Positions 1-7,200 of a stretch of DNA of 15,264 bases are shown here, piece by piece. This DNA is from a bacterium (GTDB lineage Bacteria; Krumholzibacteriota; Krumholzibacteriia; G020349025): positions 1-15,264 of the forward strand of contig JANLSU010000026.1 in the NCBI GenBank assembly GCA_031362565.1, in the 5' to 3' direction. Position 1 is the first letter of the stretch. Every line of letters starts with the position of its first letter. The position numbers and the translations under genes were made by a program. The notes under the pieces are model-generated. The model worked only from the letters and a program-made list of their open reading frames with translations. It made no database searches and was not told the DNA's origin.

Positions 1-2535
1 TGGAACGTCGCGCAAACGGTGACGGCAACCGGCGTCGACGACGCCGTGGACGATGGCGACATCGCCTACAGCATCGTGACGGCCGCGGCGACGAGCGCCG
101 ACGGCAACTACAACAACGTCGACGCCGCAGACGTGTCCGTGACGAACACGGACGACGACACGGCCGGTGTCACAGTAAGTCCGACGTCGGGTCTCATCAC
201 GACCGACGCGGGCGGCACGGCGACGTTCACGATCGTGCTCGACAGTCAGCCGACGGCGGACGTGACGATCGGTGTTTCGAGCAGCGACTTGACCGAAGGC
301 ACGGTGGCGCTGGCAAGTGTGACCTTCACGTTTGCCAATTGGAACGTCGCTCAGACCGTGACCGTAACTGGCGTCGACGATGCCGTGGACGATGGCGACA
401 TCGCGTACAGCATCGTCACGGCCGCCGGGACGAGCGCCGACGGCAACTACAACAACCTCGATCCCTCGGACGTCTCTGTCACGAACACCGACGACGACAC
501 AGCCGGCGTGACGGTGAACCCGACGGCGGGCCTCATCACGACCGAAGCGGGTGGCACAGCGACCTTCACCCTCGTGCTCGACAGCCAACCGACGGCGGAT
601 GTGACGATCGGGCTCTCGAGCAGCGACTTGTCCGAAGGCACGGTGGCGCCGGCGAGCGTGACCTTCACGGCCGGAAATTGGAACGTCGCGCAAACGGTGA
701 CGGCAACCGGCGTCGACGACGCCGTGGACGATGGCGACATCGCCTACAGCATCGTGACGGCCGCCACGACGAGCACGGACCTGGTCTACGCCGGTCTCGA
801 CCCGGCCGATGTTGCGGTGACGAATACCGACGATGAAACGGCCGGTGTGACGGTAAGCCCGACGTCGGGTCTCATCACGACCGAGGCGGGCGGCACGGCG
901 ACGTTCACTCTCGTGCTCAACAGCCAGCCGACGGCGGACGTGACGATTGGCCTGAGCTCGACAAACGTGGCCGAAGGCACCGTGGCGCCGGCGTCGGTCA
1001 CCTTCACGGCGGCCGACTGGAATGTCGCCCAGACCATCACTGTCACCGGTGTCGACGATGCGGTGGCAGACGGCAACATCGGTTACACGGTCACGACGGC
1101 GGCGGCCACGAGTGCGGACCCGGTCTACGCCGGCCTCGACCCGGCCGATGTTTCGGTGACGAACACCGATGACGAGACGGCGGCGGTGACCGTAGCCCCG
1201 ACGTCGGGTCTCATCACGACCGAAGCCGGCGGCACCGCAACCTTTACCATCGTGCTCGCGAGCCAGCCCGCAGCGGACGTGACGATCGGCCTGAGCTCGA
1301 CCGACGTCACCGAAGGCACCGTGGTCCCGGCGAGCGTCACCTTCACAGCCGGAAACTGGAACGTCGCGCAGACGGTCACCGTCACTGGTGTGGACGATGC
1401 GGTGGTAGACGGCAACATCGCTTACACCATCGTGACTGCGGCGGCTGTCAGTGCGGACCCTGTCTACACAGGCCTCGACCCCGCCGATGTCGCGGTGTCG
1501 AACACCGACAACGACACGGCCGCTGTAACGGTAACCCCGACGTCGGGTCTCATCACCACCGAAGCCGGCGGCGCCGCGACCTTTACCATTGTGCTCAGCA
1601 GCCAGCCGGCGGCGGACGTCACAATCGCACTTTCCAGCAGTGATCTCAGTGAGGGCACGGTCGCCCCGGCGAGCGTCACCTTCACTGCCGTCAATTGGAA
1701 CGTCGCGCAAACTGCCACCGTCACCGGCGTCGACGACGCCATCGCCGACGGTAACATCGCCTATTCGATCGTGACGGCCGCCGCCGCGAGTGCCGATCCG
1801 GCCTATGCAGGCGTCGACCCCGCAGATGTCGCAATCACGAACAACGACGACGACACCGCCGGCGTGACGGTGACCCCGACCTCGGGTCTCACGACGACCG
1901 AAGCCGGCGGCACCGCGACATTCTCGGTGGTCCTGACGAGCCAACCGGCGGCGGATGTGACCATCGGATTCGCCTCCAGTGACGCGACGGAGGGCACGGT
2001 GGCGCCCGCAGGCCTGACGTTCACCGCGGCCAACTGGAACGTAGCGCAGACCGCGACCGCGACGGGCGTCGACGACGCCATCGTGGACGGAAACATCGCC
2101 TACACCATCGTCACGGCGCCGGCAGCGAGCGCCGACCCGAATTACAACGGCGTGAACCCGTCCGACGTCTCGCTCGCGAACAGTGACGACGATACCGCCG
2201 CCATCGTCGTGACCCCGACCTCGGGTCTGACGACAACCGAAGCCGGCGGCACCGCGACCTTCACGGTGGTCCTGACGAGCCAGCCGTCGGCGGACGTGAC
2301 CATCGGACTGGCATCGAGTGACGCCACGGAGGGCACGGTGGCGCCGGCCGGCCTGACGTTCACCGTGGCCAACTGGAATGTGGCGCAGACCGCGACTGTC
2401 ACCGGCGTCGACGACGCGACACGCGATGGCGATGTCGCGTACAGCATCGTCACCACAGCAGCGGCGAGCCTCGACCCCGCCTACGCGGGAATGGGCGTCG
2501 CAGACGTCACGGTCACGAATCAAGACAACGAAGTG
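1..2535 (+). repeat. Intragenic tandem repeat, 339-bp (113-aa) period, 7 full units plus one partial unit
   Basis: The W codon of 'WNVAQT' falls at 1, 340, 679, 1018, 1357, 1696, 2035 and 2374, an exact 339-nt spacing with no indels. Units start at about 163, 502, 841, 1180, 1519, 1858 and 2197. Acidic motifs DDAV(D/A/V)DG(D/N) and TNTDDDT recur. Confidence 0.97.
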
Positions 2536-5500
2536 GAGCAAGTCGTCGAGCTCGAACTCAAGGCCGATCGCAACGACGTCGAAATCGGCCAATCGATCGA
2601 ATTCACGCTTGTCATGCGCAGCCTCGTCACGCGACCGCTGACCGCGCCCGTCATCGTCACCGACATGCCCCCGGGCTTCGTGATTCTTCCCGGGACTGCG
2701 ACGCAGGACGGCACTTCGGCCGCCAAGACCAGCGTGCAGCCGGTCGTGCTCAACCCGATCCTGCCGCTGGTGGACCTCAACGGGAATGGCCGCGCCGATC
2801 CGGGCGAGCAGGGCTTCGCGGTGGTTCATTGGCGCGCGGTCGCTGGCGCAGGTGCGACCCTCGGGTCGCAGGTCGCCGTCGTCACGGTCACCGAGGGTTG
2901 TGCGACCTGCGTCGCTTCGAACCGGACCGAAGTCCACCTGACGATCGAGCAAAATGGGCTCGTGGCGCGCGGCACGGTCATCGGCCGCGTGTTCGAGGAT
3001 CACAATCGCGACGGATACCAAGACTCGGACGAGCCCGGGGTCGCCGGAGCGTGGATCGGACTCGACGACGGCAGTTCAGTAACCACCGACACCAACGGTC
3101 TCTTTCATGTTCCGGAGCTCGACGAAGGGCCGCACGTTCTGAAACTCGACATCGCCCGGCTGGCGTGCGCGGCACAGCCGACGACGGACCCCACGGCGGT
3201 AGCGCAAATCAGCGCCGGCCTCCTGACCTCGGTGCGCTTCGGCGTCGTGTGTGCTCAGGACACGCTACAAGTCGGAAGCCGCCCGGTGAACGGACTGGCG
3301 CTGATTGCCGAGGATCTCGCGTCGAGCGCCGACACGGCCGCCAACGCTGACAGTGCCCGCGGCCAGGCGCCCGTCAACGGGAATGCGGCCGGCACGAGGA
3401 CGATCGTGAACTTCGCGTTCGACTCCGCGGCACTCACCGCAACGGCCAAAGACACGCTCGCGAGTGTGATCGAAGCTCTGCGCCGATCGAACAGCCGGCG
3501 GATCTTCGTGGACGGACACGCCGACTCGGTCGGTTCCGCGGCCGCGAATCTTCGCACCTCGCAGCGGCGCGCCCAAGCGGCGGCGCGCTACATGGCTGAA
3601 AAAGGTCATCGTTCAGTGGAGCGTGTGGCGGTCCGTGGTTTCGGCTCCGATCGCCCCCTGGCCACCAACACGACACGTGTGGGCCGCAGGCTGAACCGGC
3701 GAGTCGAGATCTATGAAGACACAACCTGCGTTCAAAGGCCCGCCGCGCTCGACGTGCACACGACGGTTGCCGCAGGCCACACGCCGCGCCTCGAGATTCT
3801 GGAGCCGCAAGGTGAACTTCGCCTGCCGTTCGGAGCCGAAGTCCCGGGGGCGCGCGTCAGTGCGCGCGACTCGGCAGCGCTGAGCGGGATGAATGGCGGC
3901 AGCCAGCCAGTCGCCTTCATGCGGCTTCGCGCTCGCACCGACGCCGGCGCCGGCACTAGCGCGGTCGTGGACGGGCGCCGCGTCGAGGTCGCTGCCGATG
4001 GCTCGTTCGAAACGGAGTTGCCGTTGCACGCCGGCCACAACACGTTCCGAATCGTGGTCCGGGACTCGAGTGGTGCCGTGCGCGTCGGGAACTTCGGCGT
4101 GCGCGCACTCGATCGAAATGAAGACGGCGCAATCACGGCAATCGACAACGTTCCGGACATGACGGTCTATCTGCCCCCGGACAGTGCGGTGCTGTCGGCG
4201 CCGCGACTGGCGATTTCGGGCCGGACCGGCACCGGCAACCGCATCTTCGCCAACGGGGATTCGCTTCACGTCGCGGCCGACGGCGCGTTCGCGGGCCACG
4301 TCGATCTCCCCGAAGGCCGCAGCCGCTTGACGGTCGAAGTGGTCGATCCGGCCGGCAAGCGCGGACGCATCGAACGCGACGTGGAAGTGCGCTCGAAGCG
4401 GATGTTCTTCGTGGCGCTCGCGGACGGTGTCGTCGGCCATGGTGGCGGGCCGCGCGACGAGCAGGACACCTGGACCGACGGCCGCATCGCCTATCAGTTG
4501 CGCGGCTGGATCTCGGGGCGCGTACTCTTGACCTCGGCCTTCGATTCGCAGCGGCGCGAGTTCGGGTCGCTGTTTCGCGATCTCGACGACAGCGGCCGCA
4601 ATCGCCTGATGACGAATCTGGATCCCGACCGGCTCTATCCGGTGTACGGGGACCAGAGCACCATGAACTACGGCTCGAACGGCGGCGGCCGCTTCTACTT
4701 GGCGCTGGAATCGGATTTGGTGCAGGCCTCGATCGGGGATTATCCGATCGCGCTGGATGAAGTCGAGCTCGCGGCGTTCCACCGGACGTTCTACGGCGCG
4801 CAGGTCCGGGTCGGCAGAACGAAGCCGGACAGCACGGCCGCACGCGGCAGCCTGGAAGGCACCAAGGCGCAGCTCTTCGCGGCGCAGGCGCGGCACATCC
4901 ATGTGCGCGACGTCCTCGACGCGACGGGCGGCACACTCTACTACCTCAGCCATCGCGATATCGTCGAGGGCAGCGTGCAGGTGAGCCTGGCCACGTACGA
5001 TCACAATACGGGGCTGCCACTGATGCGACAGGCTCAAGAGCGCGGCGTCGACTACACCATCAAGGAAGCCGAAGGGCGCTTGCTCTTCACGCGTCCGGTC
5101 GGCAGCACTTTCAACGATGGCTCGATCGCGACCGGCACCGGACTCGGCGGCCAGCCGGTGACGATCGAGGTCGATTACGAAGCGACTGGATCGCCCGGCG
5201 AAAAAGCCGCCATGGGTGGACGTGTCAGCCAAGAACTGGGCCCACTGCGGGTCGGCGGAACACTCGTGCAAGACGAGACCGGCAGCGCCACGTACAAGTT
5301 GCAAGGTGCAGACGCACGGGTGCGGGTCGGCGCGCACTCGTGGGTGGGAACGGAATTCGCGACGAGTGAAGGGCGCGCCGGCCGGTCGTTCGCGAGCGCC
5401 GACGGCGGTCTCTCGTTCTCACAATCGGACACGACCGGCTCGCGATCGGGACAAGCATGGAAGGTCGCGACCGAACTCGATCCGGGCGACTGGCTGGGAT

Positions 5501-6969
5501 CACCCGGACGCCTGACTTTGGGCGGATTCGTCAAGGAAGTCGATCGCGGCTTCATCTCCGATTCGGAACGCAGTGCGGCCGAGACTCGCAATTTGGGCGC
5601 GCGGGCTCAGTACAAGGCCGGCACGTGGGGCGTGTGGAGCGCGCGGCTCGACCGCAGCGAGCAGAGCGCCAATTCGACGGGCAACGCCATGCGGCGCACG
5701 GATCTATTCGGGGCGCAATGGAAGCGCGACGGACAGCGGACCGGCCTCGCGGCCGAGTTCGAGAACCGGCAAACCGATTCCACGCTGTCGCAGCAAGTGG
5801 GCGCGGCACGCCTCTGGTGGAAGCCGCATGAAAACGTGCGCACGAGCGCGGAGTACCAGCGCTCGTTGAGCGGCCAAGCACTCGACCAAACGAGCCTGGG
5901 TCTCGAGTGGCGCGTGTTGCCACCGCTCGCTCTCGAAGGGCGTGCGAGCACCGGCACGGCGGGACGCGCGTTCCGCGGCGGCGCCAATCTGACGCTTGGA
6001 GACCGCAAGTTCTACGTGCGCGAAGAGCGGCTCGACGCGCTCGGCGGACCGCACGGGACGACGGTGCTCGGCGTCCAAACGCCGTTCGGTCCGAAGAGCC
6101 GCGTCTACTCGGAGTACCAGTGGCAGCATGAGCCGGGTGGCGATTACGCCGCATCGGTCATCGGGCTCGAGAAGGGATGGCAGCGCGCCCCCGGCTTCCA
6201 GGGCAGCGTCTATGGTGAACACGGGGAACGTGGCAGTCTGAGCGGTTCTGCGCCGCACACGACGGTCGGCACCCATCTCGACTACCGCGGCTCGTTCCCG
6301 CTCACCGTGTCCAATCACGAGGAGTACCGGCGGATGGAGGGCGGCGTCTTGGACCGCCAATTCTTGACTTCGACGCGCCTCGAGCTTCGCCTGGCGGGCG
6401 GCCTCTCCGTGCTCGGCAATCATCGTTGGAGTGACGCGCGCCCGCGCCGTGCGGGAATTTCGACGCGCTACGAAGAGCGCAGCGTCGGACTCTCGTACCG
6501 GCCGCTGCGTTCGGATCGCGTCGAGGCTTTGGCGCGCTGGACCGATCTACAGGACCGGCGGGCGGCCACGCCGCTGGATTCCGTCACCGTGACGCGCGGT
6601 ACCGAGGTCGCATCGGTGGATGTTCATGTCAGACTCGTTCGCGGCCTCGAATGGAGCGGCAAGGCCGCGGCGCGCGTGCTCCGCGACGGCACCGGCGACA
6701 CGCCGCTCTCCACCGCGCGCAGCACGCTATGGGTCGGACGCGTCGACTACAATGTGGGGCCGATGCGGCTCGGGATTCAATATCAGCAGCTCTTCCAGCG
6801 CGAAGCGGGCGATCGCCTTGGCGGCTGGCTCGAGGAACTCACCTGGGATCCGAATCGCAACCTGCGTTTCGGCGTCGGCTACAACTTCGCGCACATCTCG
6901 GGTGACGAGTTCGACCGCGGCGGCCACGACCGCAAGGGCTGGTTCGTGCGCGCCCAGACCCGCTACTGA
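1..6969 (+). CDS. Giant multidomain outer-membrane/surface protein, 5'-truncated by window: tandem Ca-binding Ig/Calx-beta-like repeats, DUF11-like, SdrD-B-like, OmpA-like, two Ig-like domains and C-terminal large beta-barrel
   Basis: Frame is open from base 1 (W-N-V-A-Q-T-V..., mid-repeat) to TGA 6967-6969, so the GTG at 19 is not the true start. Motifs seen: repeats to ~2535; 'LKADRNDVEIGQSIEFTL..IVTDMPPGFVILPGT' (DUF11-like, ~2545-2946); 'GTVIGRVFEDHNRDGYQDSDEPGVAG..VTTDTNGLF' (SdrD-B-like, ~2971-3255); 'NFAFDSAAL..IFVDGHADSVG..N..S..RA..GFG..P..NRRVEI' (OmpA-like, ~3400-3714); two 'G.T...V.ADG.F...L..G.N/S.....D..G' Ig-like units (~3920-4390); amphipathic strands ending 'GWFVRAQTRY*'. Confidence 0.9.
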   Translation, partial: WNVAQTVTATGVDDAVDDGDIAYSIVTAAATSADGNYNNVDAADVSVTNTDDDTAGVTVSPTSGLITTDAGGTATFTIVLDSQPTADVTIGVSSSDLTEGTVALASVTFTFANWNVAQTVTVTGVDDAVDDGDIAYSIVTAAGTSADGNYNNLDPSDVSVTNTDDDTAGVTVNPTAGLITTEAGGTATFTLVLDSQPTADVTIGLSSSDLSEGTVAPASVTFTAGNWNVAQTVTATGVDDAVDDGDIAYSIVTAATTSTDLVYAGLDPADVAVTNTDDETAGVTVSPTSGLITTEAGGTATFTLVLNSQPTADVTIGLSSTNVAEGTVAPASVTFTAADWNVAQTITVTGVDDAVADGNIGYTVTTAAATSADPVYAGLDPADVSVTNTDDETAAVTVAPTSGLITTEAGGTATFTIVLASQPAADVTIGLSSTDVTEGTVVPASVTFTAGNWNVAQTVTVTGVDDAVVDGNIAYTIVTAAAVSADPVYTGLDPADVAVSNTDNDTAAVTVTPTSGLITTEAGGAATFTIVLSSQPAADVTIALSSSDLSEGTVAPASVTFTAVNWNVAQTATVTGVDDAIADGNIAYSIVTAAAASADPAYAGVDPADVAITNNDDDTAGVTVTPTSGLTTTEAGGTATFSVVLTSQPAADVTIGFASSDATEGTVAPAGLTFTAANWNVAQTATATGVDDAIVDGNIAYTIVTAPAASADPNYNGVNPSDVSLANSDDDTAAIVVTPTSGLTTTEAGGTATFTVVLTSQPSADVTIGLASSDATEGTVAPAGLTFTVANWNVAQTATVTGVDDATRDGDVAYSIVTTAAASLDPAYAGMGVADVTVTNQDNEVEQVVELELKADRNDVEIGQSIEFTLVMRSLVTRPLTAPVIVTDMPPGFVILPGTATQDGTSAAKTSVQPVVLNPILPLVDLNGNGRADPGEQGFAVVHWRAVAGAGATLGSQVAVVTVTEGCATCVASNRTEVHLTIEQNGLVARGTVIGRVFEDHNRDGYQDSDEPGVAGAWIGLDDGSSVTTDTNGLFHVPELDEGPHVLKLDIARLACAAQPTTDPTAVAQISAGLLTSVRFGVVCAQDTLQVGSRPVNGLALIAEDLASSADTAANADSARGQAPVNGNAAGTRTIVNFAFDSAALTATAKDTLASVIEALRRSNSRRIFVDGHADSVGSAAANLRTSQRRAQAAARYMAEKGHRSVERVAVRGFGSDRPLATNTTRVGRRLNRRVEIYEDTTCVQRPAALDVHTTVAAGHTPRLEILEPQGELRLPFGAEVPGARVSARDSAALSGMNGGSQPVAFMRLRARTDAGAGTSAVVDGRRVEVAADGSFETELPLHAGHNTFRIVVRDSSGAVRVGNFGVRALDRNEDGAITAIDNVPDMTVYLPPDSAVLSAPRLAISGRTGTGNRIFANGDSLHVAADGAFAGHVDLPEGRSRLTVEVVDPAGKRGRIERDVEVRSKRMFFVALADGVVGHGGGPRDEQDTWTDGRIAYQLRGWISGRVLLTSAFDSQRREFGSLFRDLDDSGRNRLMTNLDPDRLYPVYGDQSTMNYGSNGGGRFYLALESDLVQASIGDYPIALDEVELAAFHRTFYGAQVRVGRTKPDSTAARGSLEGTKAQLFAAQARHIHVRDVLDATGGTLYYLSHRDIVEGSVQVSLATYDHNTGLPLMRQAQERGVDYTIKEAEGRLLFTRPVGSTFNDGSIATGTGLGGQPVTIEVDYEATGSPGEKAAMGGRVSQELGPLRVGGTLVQDETGSATYKLQGADARVRVGAHSWVGTEFATSEGRAGRSFASADGGLSFSQSDTTGSRSGQAWKVATELDPGDWLGSPGRLTLGGFVKEVDRGFISDSERSAAETRNLGARAQYKAGTWGVWSARLDRSEQSANSTGNAMRRTDLFGAQWKRDGQRTGLAAEFENRQTDSTLSQQVGAARLWWKPHENVRTSAEYQRSLSGQALDQTSLGLEWRVLPPLALEGRASTGTAGRAFRGGANLTLGDRKFYVREERLDALGGPHGTTVLGVQTPFGPKSRVYSEYQWQHEPGGDYAASVIGLEKGWQRAPGFQGSVYGEHGERGSLSGSAPHTTVGTHLDYRGSFPLTVSNHEEYRRMEGGVLDRQFLTSTRLELRLAGGLSVLGNHRWSDARPRRAGISTRYEERSVGLSYRPLRSDRVEALARWTDLQDRRAATPLDSVTVTRGTEVASVDVHVRLVRGLEWSGKAAARVLRDGTGDTPLSTARSTLWVGRVDYNVGPMRLGIQYQQLFQREAGDRLGGWLEELTWDPNRNLRFGVGYNFAHISGDEFDRGGHDRKGWFVRAQTRY
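3400..3714 (+). other. OmpA/MotB-like peptidoglycan-binding domain within the giant ORF
   Basis: Canonical OmpA_C motifs F-x-F-D-S-A-x-L, G-H-A-D (3514-3525), N-x-x-x-S-x-x-R-A, G-F-G-x-x-x-P and N-R-R-V-E-I. Confidence 0.9.
4405..6966 (+). other. Predicted large outer-membrane beta-barrel region (~850 aa) within the giant ORF
   Basis: Many alternating hydrophobic/polar strands with Gly and aromatic residues (e.g. TSLGLEWRV, SRVYSEYQW, RSVGLSYRP, LRFGVGYNF) and a terminal aromatic beta-signal (WFVRAQTRY). Confidence 0.75.
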
Positions 6970-7051
6970 GACCGCAAACGTTCAAACGCTCGGCGGCACA
7001 GTCGCCTGATTCCCGCGTGTGATCCCTCGGCGTGGGCGTCGTGGACTTACC

Positions 7052-7070
7052 CGCCCGTTTCGGGCGTTTT
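7052..7070 (+). terminator. Putative intrinsic terminator downstream of the giant gene
   Basis: CGCCCG-TTT-CGGGCG hairpin (7052-7066) followed by TTTT (7067-7070). The stem and U-tract are short. Confidence 0.4.
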
Positions 7071-7098
7071 GACCCGTTTCGGGGAATTCTGGTATACT
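7069..7098 (+). promoter_or_regulatory. Putative sigma70 promoter for the lipoprotein gene
   Basis: TTGACC (7069-7074), 18 nt spacer, TATACT (7093-7098), with extended -10 TG at 7090-7091. This AT-rich match is conspicuous in a very GC-rich background. Confidence 0.6.
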
Positions 7099-7200
7099 CC
7101 TTGTCCCTCGTTCGGACCTGGTGTGGGACCGCCCCCCTGCGCTGGAGAGCTGCTGTCTGGAGCGCGAGCATTCGCGCCCCGGTTGGTTTCAAGGAGCTGC

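Noticed and set aside
447..2456. Series of ~97-aa minus-strand ORFs at 339-bp spacing
   Set aside because: Antisense shadows of the coding repeat; no independent start signals or recognisable motifs.
1..2535. Possible CRISPR array or DGR template/variable repeat pair
   Set aside because: Units are long, in-frame and diverge mostly at synonymous sites. There are no unique spacers, no adenine-specific mismatches, and no cas or reverse transcriptase gene in the window.
3613..5337. 574-aa minus-strand ORF (and similar 718-aa ORF at 11882-14038 and 455-aa ORF at 11155-12522)
   Set aside because: Antisense to well-supported genes; long stop-free antisense frames are expected at this GC content and show no motifs.
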